Positions 1 through 8,011 of a DNA stretch of 47,814 bases are shown here, piece by piece. The notes under the pieces were generated by a model. It searched no databases and was not told where the DNA came from. It worked only from the letters and a program-made list of their open reading frames with translations. How positions within the stretch are numbered: position 1 is the stretch's first letter; each line of letters starts with the position of its first letter. The stretch lies in the sequence record PV090993.1; one strand, written 5' to 3'. The DNA is from Salmonella phage vB_GS166. The translations under genes and the position numbers were made by a program.

Positions 1-111
1 ATGATTGCACATTGCCGATATCGTGAAAACTTTCCCGCAAAACATCACTCCAGGCTCCGCGCGTTTCGTTTTGTTCCTCGCCGTTCCCAGCCAGACCTTC
101 CGCAGTTTAGC

Positions 112-196
112 GCAACGTTACACAACACGTATAACAACAAAATATCTATATAATACATTGAAAAGTAAGATAATTATTATTATATATCTATATTGT
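112..196. repeat. AT-rich leader repeat copy 1
   Basis: CTATATAATACAT...ATAATTATTATTATATATCT shared with 27944..28029. Confidence 0.7.
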
Positions 197-410
197 TATA
201 TAACTTGTTTTGCTTGTTTCTCATGATATTGATACCCCTTTACGGATTTATAGAGTATAAAATTATAAGATAGGTGCTATTATTTATTATAGGTGGTAGT
301 GATTTTTGGCGAAATGGTGTAACGATTTAGAACATCGTTGATTTTAAAGGATAAATTTGCAATTACTGTTACATTGCGTGATGTTTTTGTTGTCTAATCA
401 AAAATAACAC

Positions 411-439
411 TTGACGCATAAGCCAGGTTTGCTAAGATT
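411..439 (+). promoter_or_regulatory. sigma70-like promoter TTGACG-N16-TAAGAT for the first rightward operon
   Basis: TTGACG at 411-416, TAAGAT at 433-438, 35 nt upstream of the ORF at 473. Confidence 0.5.
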
Positions 440-472
440 TCCGCATCGAGCAACAACTTAGGATAACCAATC

Positions 473-760
473 ATGGTAATGGGCAAAATCGTAAAGCGTG
501 ACCTATCCATAGTTGATGCAACGCCAGAAGATGCAACCAAAGATATCATGCGCCTAATGTACATAGCGCGGATAATTGAGGCGGCAAAACCAAACAGTCT
601 GTATTACATCGACATTAAGGCATCAGGTCGCGACGTTAATTCATTGCGCCAGGCAATAAACACGATTGCGAAAGAGGATCACAGAACCATTAAGACAATA
701 ACCACTGATAACGGCTATATCGGCTTTGTTATCATCGACGTTAAAGAAGCATTTGTGTAA
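473..760 (+). CDS. hypothetical early phage protein
   Basis: 95-aa ORF, coding-like composition, downstream of a promoter. Confidence 0.75.
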   Translation: MVMGKIVKRDLSIVDATPEDATKDIMRLMYIARIIEAAKPNSLYYIDIKASGRDVNSLRQAINTIAKEDHRTIKTITTDNGYIGFVIIDVKEAFV

Positions 761-771
761 AGGGGTGAATC

Positions 772-1215
772 ATGGAGCAAATGACAAGTAAAGAGTTTTG
801 CGATAAATTGCGCGAAGCTGCAAGAGCGGCGGCAAAAGGTGAGGTGATCAAGTTGCCAGTTGCCTATATCACAATGCACGTTCAGGCAGAGGACGCAAAG
901 AAACTAAATTCATCATACATCCGCACGATCATGAATCGCGTACCGGAAGTAAAAGAGGTTGGATCTGTAAGTGTCAAGAAAAAGACAAGTGATGACGGCG
1001 CGGAATATTACGAAATAGCAATTAACCGCGACACAAAACGCCGCATTGTGACAACTAATGACCTTCCGGCAATTAAAGAGCATGAGCGCGAAAAGCTGGT
1101 TGAAAAGATTATGCGCATATCGCCGGAATTCTCACACCTGGACGATGAAAAGGCACTTGTTGCAATGCGAGCGGTTGCCACTTTCAAAGATCTGATTAAG
1201 GAGATCTCAAAGTGA
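772..1215 (+). CDS. hypothetical early phage protein
   Basis: 147-aa ORF closely following the upstream ORF; the antisense ORF 1008..1340 is judged spurious. Confidence 0.75.
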   Translation: MEQMTSKEFCDKLREAARAAAKGEVIKLPVAYITMHVQAEDAKKLNSSYIRTIMNRVPEVKEVGSVSVKKKTSDDGAEYYEIAINRDTKRRIVTTNDLPAIKEHEREKLVEKIMRISPEFSHLDDEKALVAMRAVATFKDLIKEISK

Positions 1216-1319
1216 AAGCATTCGCCTTTGTCGCGGCAATGTGGTGCATGGTTATTGGTCATTCTGGCGTTACGCTGGCAATATGTGTTTTGATCTTGTT
1301 GGGGGTGTTTGATGAATAG
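1212..1319 (+). CDS. putative 35-aa membrane microprotein (GTG start)
   Basis: read directly: VKAFAFVAAMWCMVIGHSGVTLAICVLILLGVFDE*; start overlaps the preceding stop (GTGA). Confidence 0.4.
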   Translation: MKAFAFVAAMWCMVIGHSGVTLAICVLILLGVFDE

Positions 1320-1381
1320 CGCACAAATAACCTTTTGCATTCTGATTGGTTATATGTTTTTCCTGATAGTTTTCTGCTAAA
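1313..1381 (+). CDS. putative 22-aa membrane microprotein
   Basis: MNSAQITFCILIGYMFFLIVFC*; its stop codon runs directly into box copy 1. Confidence 0.3.
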
Positions 1382-1430
1382 TAGCACTTTTTGTTAAAAC
1401 TCGATTGTGGTAGTTTGGCATAATTACCAC
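1379..1430 (+). promoter_or_regulatory. box element copy 1: box + N18 + CATAAT with flanking inverted repeat
   Basis: AAATAGCACTTTTTGTTAAAAC (1379-1400), -10 CATAAT (1419-1424), GTGGTA (1407-1412)/TACCAC (1425-1430). Confidence 0.8.
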
Positions 1431-1583
1431 ATCGAAACGAAACTAGGAAAACACAATGACCACCTTGATTCCGATCACGTTAGGTCATTAAACTGGCGAG
1501 AATGTAGCGGCTGTAATGCGCAAATATCGCCGCAGCCGCACAAATTCATTAATTTCTATCTTTGGCATACCGGAGTAATAAAA

Positions 1584-1841
1584 ATGTTTGAACTGAAAAG
1601 CGTAACTGTTGAGATCCTGAATGATGGCTCTTATGATGGAATGAAACACTTAACATTCCCGATCCGCATTGATAATTGCATTGATTACGGTATTGAAGTT
1701 GGAATGGTTGACGTTCCGCTTGATGCCCTGGTAGCGGCTGGCTATGACAAAGAGAAAGGCCAATGTGCTGATATACCGGATAGCTATGAAAGCGACACAC
1801 ATCTTCCGTTCACTTATGGCGAATGCCGCATTGTTGATTGA
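1584..1841 (+). CDS. hypothetical protein (trimmed from ORF 1407..1841)
   Basis: internal ATG MFELKSVTVEIL is more credible than the long N-terminus spanning the promoter region. Confidence 0.6.
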   Translation: MFELKSVTVEILNDGSYDGMKHLTFPIRIDNCIDYGIEVGMVDVPLDALVAAGYDKEKGQCADIPDSYESDTHLPFTYGECRIVD

Positions 1842-1850
1842 GGTGATTAA

Positions 1851-2057
1851 ATGAAAGAAAACAATATGAGCGAATTTTTTCAAGAATTCCTGGATCAAGA
1901 CGGCGACGGAATGAGCGTGTCAACAGATACATTTGGCACAACGTGCGAGCTTATTATTTACAGTCATACAGGGTGCTTCCCAATGTCTGACGCCGATGAA
2001 GTTGAGCGGCTTGGCAATTGGCTTATTGAGCAAGCAAAATACATGCGAGCAGAATAG
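1851..2057 (+). CDS. hypothetical small protein
   Basis: 68-aa ORF; the stop TAG forms part of box copy 2. Confidence 0.6.
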   Translation: MKENNMSEFFQEFLDQDGDGMSVSTDTFGTTCELIIYSHTGCFPMSDADEVERLGNWLIEQAKYMRAE

Positions 2058-2097
2058 CACGAAATGCTAAAACAAATCAACGGCATTGCGATATAGT
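2052..2097 (+). promoter_or_regulatory. box element copy 2
   Basis: GAATAGCACGAAATGCTAAAAC, N18, TATAGT (2092-2097). Confidence 0.75.
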
Positions 2098-2128
2098 AAG
2101 GCCATACAAAACAAAAGAGGATATAAAG

Positions 2129-2422
2129 ATGCGTGTGCTGATTGTTTTTGAAACAAATCCTGAGGGTGTTAAATTTTTTGATATTGAAATGACCAATGAG
2201 CAATACGATATTGTTAAAACGGCACAGGGTGTTTTCGTTAACTGCAATGATCCAACTCCAGGTACTGATTTTCTAAACATAGCTCTATGCGAAAAAATGG
2301 AATATTTAACTGACGAAGACGCAAAAATGAATCATGCTTGTATATGGAAAGATAAAATAATAATGGATCTTGAAAAACCAGCAAAATTCGACGCTATTAT
2401 TTATACAGGCATTATGTGCTAA
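2129..2422 (+). CDS. hypothetical protein
   Basis: 97-aa ORF between box copies 2 and 3. Confidence 0.7.
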   Translation: MRVLIVFETNPEGVKFFDIEMTNEQYDIVKTAQGVFVNCNDPTPGTDFLNIALCEKMEYLTDEDAKMNHACIWKDKIIMDLEKPAKFDAIIYTGIMC

Positions 2423-2470
2423 TAGCACTTTTTGCTAAAACTTGCTAAGGCGCATTTGATAAAGTGTGCC
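2420..2470 (+). promoter_or_regulatory. box element copy 3
   Basis: TAATAGCACTTTTTGCTAAAAC (2420-2441), TAAAGT (2460-2465), GGCGCA/TGTGCC stem with one G:T pair. Confidence 0.8.
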
Positions 2471-2499
2471 TCGTTGAGTTAAGTAAAGGAGAAATAACA

Positions 2500-3027
2500 A
2501 TGTTAAAAGTAAGCGAAATCAATTACCCGATCACGTTCCATTTCACCGATTCAAAAGGTAGCATTACTTACAATTCCAGTGATTCAAAGGGAATTTGGCG
2601 CTCAGGTGTAGAATCAATGTTCGGCGTTGATACATTCGTTAATCAGCACAACAAATTAAACAAAGATAACAATCCTGAATTTGATTACTATTACGAAATG
2701 GCAGAACATGTTTCATTACCCTTGGATAGCGTTGAATTGATGATTAATAACGCATCTGTAAACGTTGAAACTATTTACACCGCATCAATCGGAGTAACTG
2801 ATTACAGAATTTGCAAGATCGAAGAAATGCCAGTTGGTGCGACACTAAAAGGCATCCAGGATGAAAGCGGAGAATGGGACGAAATCACATTCAAGCCTGT
2901 GCGTGTTGAGATTGACGGCGACACAATAACATTGCTTTCTGGTATTGCTGGCGGCTACAGAAAAGGCGGCAAAAAGTACGGCGCTGAAATCAACATTAAG
3001 CTCGGTGCTAACGTAAAATTCAGCTAA
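2500..3027 (+). CDS. hypothetical protein (trimmed from 2464..3027)
   Basis: ATG preceded by AAAGGAGAAATAACA. Confidence 0.75.
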   Translation: MLKVSEINYPITFHFTDSKGSITYNSSDSKGIWRSGVESMFGVDTFVNQHNKLNKDNNPEFDYYYEMAEHVSLPLDSVELMINNASVNVETIYTASIGVTDYRICKIEEMPVGATLKGIQDESGEWDEITFKPVRVEIDGDTITLLSGIAGGYRKGGKKYGAEINIKLGANVKFS

Positions 3028-3077
3028 TAGCACGAATTGCTAAAACTTGCTAAGGCACATTTGATAAAGTGTGCCTT
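3025..3077 (+). promoter_or_regulatory. box element copy 4
   Basis: TAATAGCACGAATTGCTAAAAC (3025-3046), TAAAGT (3065-3070), perfect 8-bp AAGGCACA (3052-3059)/TGTGCCTT (3070-3077). Confidence 0.8.
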
Positions 3078-3103
3078 GTCGAGACAAACAAGGAGAAACG
3101 AAA

Positions 3104-3415
3104 ATGAAAGTATTTACCACTGTTGGATTCAGAACTAACCATTATTACATTGTTAACGATGACGGAGTTATTTTTGCTTCATCAAAACCATTCTTTGATG
3201 GTGACAACTTTTTCAAGAGTGAGTTTCAGTCGCCTGGTGTTTTAGTTAGCATGTGCAATCTCAGTTTATTAAATCCGTACAATAAAGAGGCTAAGGATTT
3301 TGTTGATAAAGTTAACGGCGTAAAAACAAAGCGCGAAAGGAATAAACACGTTATTGCTGTTATTGTTTGTGTTGCAATTACTGTTGGTTCTATTTTTATT
3401 GGAGTTTGGTCATGA
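3104..3415 (+). CDS. hypothetical protein with a C-terminal transmembrane segment
   Basis: internal ATG after AAGGAG; C-terminus HVIAVIVCVAITVGSIFIGVWS. Confidence 0.7.
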   Translation: MKVFTTVGFRTNHYYIVNDDGVIFASSKPFFDGDNFFKSEFQSPGVLVSMCNLSLLNPYNKEAKDFVDKVNGVKTKRERNKHVIAVIVCVAITVGSIFIGVWS

Positions 3416-3587
3416 CGCTTGACAATAAGACTGAAACACAAAAGACGATCAACTATTTGCTCGCTCTTGCCGATGCACTTGAAAAAAGGTGAGGCAGCAT
3501 TAAACGATGTTTGCATTGAGTAAAAAAATCACGGATGGACTCAGATCGAAGAAACGTTAACGATTCAATATTTCAAGGTTAACAAAG

Positions 3588-4160
3588 ATGGCTAAAATTA
3601 TCATCCTTAACGCGCCTCCTGGTGCTGGTAAAGACACAATCGGCAAGATGATTTCTTTCTATTCGCCTGGTGAGCAATGCCGCATCATTAGCTTTAAAGA
3701 GCCAATGTTTGACATTGCATTAGCTATCCTGGGCAAAGAGAACTATCAGCGTTTCATGCTGGCTTACGATGACAGAGAGCAGAAAGAAAGGCCTCAAACA
3801 TTCTTGATGGGTATGTCACCGCGCGAGTTCATGATCTGGATTAGCGAGGATGTGATCAAGCCTAAATTCGGTAAGGATTATTTCAGCGTAAGGTTTAATC
3901 AGAAAGTAAAAGAGTGTGATGCTCCTGTTGTTTGCACTGATGGCGGATTTCCATATGAAATTATAGCGCTAATCAATGCTGGTAATGAGGTGAAGTTATG
4001 CCGATTGCACCGCGACGGGTTCACGTTTGCAGGTGATAGCCACTACATTCGAATAAATACATACTACCAGAAAAACGGATATAGCGAGCACGATTATAAA
4101 TTGGTTGATAAACAACCAAATGTAACGGTAAAGGAAATCATTCGCGATCACCTTAAATAG
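3588..4160 (+). CDS. deoxynucleoside monophosphate kinase-like P-loop protein
   Basis: N-terminal MAKIIILNAPPGAGKDTIGKMIS P-loop; phage dNMP kinase-like pattern. Confidence 0.75.
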   Translation: MAKIIILNAPPGAGKDTIGKMISFYSPGEQCRIISFKEPMFDIALAILGKENYQRFMLAYDDREQKERPQTFLMGMSPREFMIWISEDVIKPKFGKDYFSVRFNQKVKECDAPVVCTDGGFPYEIIALINAGNEVKLCRLHRDGFTFAGDSHYIRINTYYQKNGYSEHDYKLVDKQPNVTVKEIIRDHLK

Positions 4161-4206
4161 CACGAATTGCTAAACCTTGCGCAAGGCCATTTGTTATAGT
4201 GGCCTT
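4155..4206 (+). promoter_or_regulatory. box element copy 5
   Basis: AAATAGCACGAATTGCTAAACC (4155-4176), TATAGT (4195-4200), AAGGCCA (4183-4189)/TGGCCTT (4200-4206); box contains the upstream TAG stop. Confidence 0.8.
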
Positions 4207-4237
4207 ATTCAAGAGAAGCAACAAATCAGAGGTTAAC

Positions 4238-4432
4238 ATGAAACTAAAATGCATCGAGTCAAACGTTCCAAATCTGAAAGTAGGCGAAATCTATAGAATG
4301 CAACGCGACGTTGATGGTTTTGGCCCAACAGTTGAACATGAAAATAACGGTCGATTCTTCTTAAATGGAAAAGATAACCTGGCTGTTAATGTTGGTTCTT
4401 TCGTGCTGGCTAAGTTTGAGGTGGTGGAATGA
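4238..4432 (+). CDS. hypothetical protein (trimmed from 4199..4432)
   Basis: ATG preceded by AGAGGTTAAC; MKLKCIESNVPN. Confidence 0.6.
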   Translation: MKLKCIESNVPNLKVGEIYRMQRDVDGFGPTVEHENNGRFFLNGKDNLAVNVGSFVLAKFEVVE

Positions 4433-4674
4433 ACCATAAAAAACTTGTACGCGCATTTGCAAAATTCGCTAAGAAGTGGAGCGACTCAAAGACTACGGGG
4501 TATTGCTTGAGTCGATACGGTTACAAAAGCGCTCGCGATTGGGCGCGTTGCATTGCGAATAACTATAACGAAGAAGAGCTGAAAGGTTACGCGGATTGGA
4601 TTGATACACCACTAAACGAGTGGACTCAATACAAATACGATTCATTTGTTAAAGAAGAAATTTCTTACTGGTAA
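4429..4674 (+). CDS. hypothetical protein
   Basis: 81-aa ORF, 4-bp overlap with the upstream ORF. Confidence 0.65.
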   Translation: MNHKKLVRAFAKFAKKWSDSKTTGYCLSRYGYKSARDWARCIANNYNEEELKGYADWIDTPLNEWTQYKYDSFVKEEISYW

Positions 4675-4685
4675 GGGTGTGATAT

Positions 4686-5177
4686 ATGGAAATGATGATT
4701 GCTAAAAGAGATAGCGCATACGGCATTACTAAGGGTAAGTCTTATGTTTGCTATGCTTACGCTTGTGATGTCAATGGTAGTGATGTTCTTGTTGAGAATG
4801 ATGACGGAGTTAAGATGTGGATCAGAAGTGATTTATTCGAAAGCAAAGAGTTGCACAATGCAAAACGTATAGCAGAAGAAGTTGCTGAATTAGCAGAGCG
4901 CGAAAGAATTCGCGATATCGTTGCAGAGCAGGTGAGAAATTCATGCTTGCCAGGCGGTGAAATCTTCAATCACGTAAAAGGCGTTGGCGGCTCAGGCTGG
5001 CAGATTAAAAAGACTAGTGATGCAATCATTCAAAGCATAAACTATGAGCCTAACGAATACATCAAAGTGTTAGAGCAACTACGTGAAGCGCTGCAAGTGC
5101 CGGAAGGTGAAAACATCGTGACACATGCAAAGGTTGTAAGAGCGTTGGCTGATGCGCTGATTGTCCTGCAAAAATAG
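4686..5177 (+). CDS. hypothetical protein
   Basis: 163-aa ORF; stop TAG lies in box copy 6. Confidence 0.7.
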   Translation: MEMMIAKRDSAYGITKGKSYVCYAYACDVNGSDVLVENDDGVKMWIRSDLFESKELHNAKRIAEEVAELAERERIRDIVAEQVRNSCLPGGEIFNHVKGVGGSGWQIKKTSDAIIQSINYEPNEYIKVLEQLREALQVPEGENIVTHAKVVRALADALIVLQK

Positions 5178-5223
5178 CACTTTTTGTTAAAACTTCCGCG
5201 AGGGCATTTGTTAAAGTGTCCTC
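5172..5223 (+). promoter_or_regulatory. box element copy 6
   Basis: AAATAGCACTTTTTGTTAAAAC (5172-5193), TAAAGT (5212-5217), GAGGGCA (5200-5206)/TGTCCTC (5217-5223) with one G:T pair. Confidence 0.8.
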
Positions 5224-5250
5224 ATTGAAGCGAAACATGAGGATTACAAA

Positions 5251-5454
5251 ATGGCTGTATACACTGGCAAGATGTTTGAATGTCACAATCCGATTTACGG
5301 CGGAAACTATGAGCTAATCATTGATGATGATCGCGTTATCCTGGCAGATGATGACGCAGAGGAATATCACGAAGTCGTAGCGGATAAGTATGATAATGAC
5401 GTTATGATTTTAGCAGGAAATCAACGTATCAAATTTTATGCAGTTGAGGAATAA
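5251..5454 (+). CDS. hypothetical protein
   Basis: 67-aa ORF downstream of box copy 6. Confidence 0.65.
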   Translation: MAVYTGKMFECHNPIYGGNYELIIDDDRVILADDDAEEYHEVVADKYDNDVMILAGNQRIKFYAVEE

Positions 5455-5457
5455 CAG

Positions 5458-5709
5458 ATGATCACAATCAATCTATCAGAGAAGCAAGCGAAATCGTTGC
5501 TCATGCACCTGGGCTGGCGAATGGGTATCGGTGGCGAGGCGGTTGTAAACATCAAAGAGGAAGTAGCAAGAGAGCTTTTTGCGCAGCTTGAGCATAAACT
5601 GATGCCAGCCTCAACAAGCGCGGCGGAGTTGGCTGTGTGGAGGCATGAAAACGGCCTTAATGAAATGGATGTTGAGAAGTGGAAGCGTAAAAACGAGGTG
5701 TTAGCATGA
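5458..5709 (+). CDS. hypothetical protein
   Basis: 83-aa ORF. Confidence 0.65.
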   Translation: MITINLSEKQAKSLLMHLGWRMGIGGEAVVNIKEEVARELFAQLEHKLMPASTSAAELAVWRHENGLNEMDVEKWKRKNEVLA

Positions 5710-6032
5710 TTTACATTCACTCTTACGGCGTTGGCAAGTTTGGCAGCAAGCAGATCAGAAACATTCACGACACGCTCGATGAATCAATTGCACAGCAACG
5801 CGTTTTAGGTGGAGTGGTTCAGGCGTTTGAGTCGGTGGAAAATCTGGAAATGCAGGAGGCCATAAAGGAAATCGTTGTTGATGAAGTTTCATGTATAATC
5901 GACGAATTGAGCACTGACGCGCCATGGTTCACAAGAACGTTTGAACCAGGCTCAACAGAATGGGATTGCTGGAATGTGAAAACCTTAAATAACATTCGCG
6001 CAATCCTTGATGGAAAATTTAACGAAAATTGA
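5706..6032 (+). CDS. hypothetical protein
   Basis: 108-aa ORF, 4-bp overlap. Confidence 0.65.
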   Translation: MIYIHSYGVGKFGSKQIRNIHDTLDESIAQQRVLGGVVQAFESVENLEMQEAIKEIVVDEVSCIIDELSTDAPWFTRTFEPGSTEWDCWNVKTLNNIRAILDGKFNEN

Positions 6033-6220
6033 TAGCTTTTAAATCGCCTCAATCGCATTCTAAGAGGCGCAAAATTTGGAAAGGTGATTCTATGCCTGAA
6101 TACATAAAACCGTCGCAGTGGTGCGCACAGAAGCAAGAGGAAGCATTGGAGCGCGGCGACACTGACACTGCGTTGCACTACTTTGAAATGTTTCAACTTT
6201 GGAAATCAAGAGGACTTTAA
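6029..6220 (+). CDS. hypothetical protein
   Basis: 63-aa ORF, 4-bp overlap. Confidence 0.5.
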   Translation: MIAFKSPQSHSKRRKIWKGDSMPEYIKPSQWCAQKQEEALERGDTDTALHYFEMFQLWKSRGL

Positions 6221-6221
6221 A

Positions 6222-6449
6222 ATGTTTGGACTTAATGAGGCTGAATACAACATTGTTAAACGCGCTGCAAAAGAGTGCATGAAGGATCTGAAAGTTGAAG
6301 TGACAAGCGGCAACAAATACGATCATATTGCGGCTGGAATTATCACCAAACATCACGCGCCAATTTCTACCCTAATCACTCGAACAAAGTTTGTATGGCT
6401 TGCTGGCTATGTAGCTGGTCGATGGGGTAAGCCTGGCGAGTACGAATAA
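6222..6449 (+). CDS. hypothetical protein (trimmed from 6183..6449)
   Basis: MFGLNEAEYNIVKRAAKECMKDL, starts right after the previous stop. Confidence 0.6.
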   Translation: MFGLNEAEYNIVKRAAKECMKDLKVEVTSGNKYDHIAAGIITKHHAPISTLITRTKFVWLAGYVAGRWGKPGEYE

Positions 6450-6471
6450 TAATCACTTGAAGCAATGAAGG

Positions 6472-6509
6472 TTGACGGCGTGTTGTCTGATTGGTAGATT
6501 AAACGCCGT
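6472..6509 (+). promoter_or_regulatory. promoter TTGACG-N17-TAGATT with inverted repeat around the -10
   Basis: TTGACG 6472-6477, TAGATT 6495-6500, ACGGCGT 6475-6481 / ACGCCGT 6503-6509. Confidence 0.65.
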
Positions 6510-6631
6510 GAACACAAGAGGCTCAATAGAGCAAAGCGCGGCGCGTTAGCCGTAAAACTTAATCGGATTGGATCGCAAGGCGAATGACAATCGCGGGAAA
6601 CGTAACCCGCAACCACTCAGGAGATTAATTT

Positions 6632-6841
6632 ATGAAATACACTTTGCTTTTCAAAGAAAGAGTTTTTCACCCTGGTAGCGAACTTCTTGTTAATCGCGTC
6701 ATTGCTTCAGAAAAAGATTTCGATATTGATGTTCAAAGGGATGGTGTCATAATCTCAAACAAAGAAGATACAAAGGCGTTTTCATTCCCCAAAAACAACA
6801 TCATCCAGCTTATCGCAGAGGAAGAAAATAATGCAGAATAA
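6632..6841 (+). CDS. hypothetical protein
   Basis: 69-aa ORF preceded by AGGAG. Confidence 0.65.
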   Translation: MKYTLLFKERVFHPGSELLVNRVIASEKDFDIDVQRDGVIISNKEDTKAFSFPKNNIIQLIAEEENNAE

Positions 6842-6992
6842 AGAGATTGCAAAGGTAACTATCATCATTGAACGTGACGGCAAGAAAACGCGATACAAAA
6901 AGCGCTTTGCAAAAGGAGAGGCGGTATTAGGCCGGATCGGTGATTTCATGGTGAAATTGCAAGAGGATAAGCCTGATGAAGTGGAAAGTTAA
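6831..6992 (+). CDS. hypothetical 53-aa protein (missing from the supplied track)
   Basis: read by eye: MQNKEIAKVTIIIERDGKKTRYKKRFAKGEAVLGRIGDFMVKLQEDKPDEVES*; overlaps both neighbours. Confidence 0.55.
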   Translation: MQNKEIAKVTIIIERDGKKTRYKKRFAKGEAVLGRIGDFMVKLQEDKPDEVES

Positions 6993-7158
6993 CTTGACCA
7001 TTAGGCGCATGGGTCGCAATTGCGGATCATGCAAACAAGAATTTGAAACGGTTGTTACAGCATGTAGCGCTGAAATGGCTGTTAGATTTGCGAAAGAATA
7101 TTCTGGAGCAGATCCAGAAACGCACCAATTTTCAATTAATTATGTGAGGGCTATATAA
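6976..7158 (+). CDS. hypothetical small protein
   Basis: 60-aa ORF, contains CGSC motif. Confidence 0.5.
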   Translation: MKWKVNLTIRRMGRNCGSCKQEFETVVTACSAEMAVRFAKEYSGADPETHQFSINYVRAI

Positions 7159-7388
7159 TGCTGATGTTTTTTTATGGTGTTGGCGTGACTGTTGCTATTT
7201 GTTTTCTGATTATTTGGGTTATTAACAAAGCCTCAAAGAAAATGGAAGTTGAACGAAAAATTGCAAGCGCGTTTTATGACAGCAAGAATGATTGCTGGAG
7301 GGTTCGAGGGAATTATATTGCTATTGCGCAAATCATTGGGAATCGCATAAAGCATGGAAAGCCTGGAAGCGTGAAGTATATCGACTGA
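7158..7388 (+). CDS. hypothetical membrane protein
   Basis: N-terminal TM MLMFFYGVGVTVAICFLIIWVI. Confidence 0.6.
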   Translation: MLMFFYGVGVTVAICFLIIWVINKASKKMEVERKIASAFYDSKNDCWRVRGNYIAIAQIIGNRIKHGKPGSVKYID

Positions 7389-7404
7389 TTAAGCGCAAAA
7401 ACAT

Positions 7405-7428
7405 AACCCGCCTTGAGCGGGTTTTTTT
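7405..7428 (+). terminator. intrinsic terminator before the packaging module
   Basis: AACCCGC-CTTGA-GCGGGTT + T7. Confidence 0.85.
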
Positions 7429-7475
7429 GTGCCTATAATTTAGCTATAATCACGCCTCAACAGGAGGATTTTATT

Positions 7476-8000
7476 ATGGCTAAAAAAACAGAAGCGCCAG
7501 CGGCGGAAAGTCTAAACTTTAAAAAGTTATGGAATAAGCGATATTCCGATCTGGTAGGTAGTGAGATTGATAAACGCGCAACTCTAACGCCGGAACAAGT
7601 CATGAACCTGATTGTTCAGTATTTTGAGTGGGCGGAGCTAAACGCCATTAAAGCAGGTGAAACGGCATCATTTCAGGGTCGAGTGTATCAGGACACGATT
7701 CACAAGCCGCGTATTTTTACATGGGAAGGGTTAAAGCTGTTTTGCGGTTTTTCCGGCACAGCACTAGCAAAGTGGAAACTTAAACCAGGCTATGATGTTG
7801 TTATTGAATTTGCTGAATCGGTAATTAAAGAACAAAAATACCAGTTAGCGGCAAACGGAATGATTAACAGCACAATGATCGCAAAAGAGCTTGGAATTGA
7901 TAAGGGCGACACGTTCAATATTAGCGCCAATGCTGAAACGGAAGTTAACACGGAAGAAGCAATGAAAAACGCCGTCGCAAGCGTTCTAAGTAAAATTTAA
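7476..8000 (+). CDS. terminase small subunit (putative)
   Basis: 174 aa immediately upstream of TerL; strong RBS CAGGAGG; acidic DNA-packaging-type protein. Confidence 0.7.
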   Translation: MAKKTEAPAAESLNFKKLWNKRYSDLVGSEIDKRATLTPEQVMNLIVQYFEWAELNAIKAGETASFQGRVYQDTIHKPRIFTWEGLKLFCGFSGTALAKWKLKPGYDVVIEFAESVIKEQKYQLAANGMINSTMIAKELGIDKGDTFNISANAETEVNTEEAMKNAVASVLSKI

Positions 8001-8011
8001 GGGTGAATGCT

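Noticed and set aside
5-226. ORF 5..226
   Set aside because: Spans the AT-rich leader repeat and has a low-complexity IIIIIYLYCYITCF tail; no clear RBS; likely non-coding.
1407-1583. N-terminal part of ORF 1407..1841
   Set aside because: Overlaps the -10 and hairpin of box copy 1; the internal ATG at 1584 is the likelier start.
2420-4186. TTGC-N6-TTGC (lambda cII-like) pattern in box copies at 2420, 3025 and 4155
   Set aside because: It arises only where the base sequence after the box happens to be TTGC; the other eleven promoter-type copies lack it, so it is not the shared recognition element.
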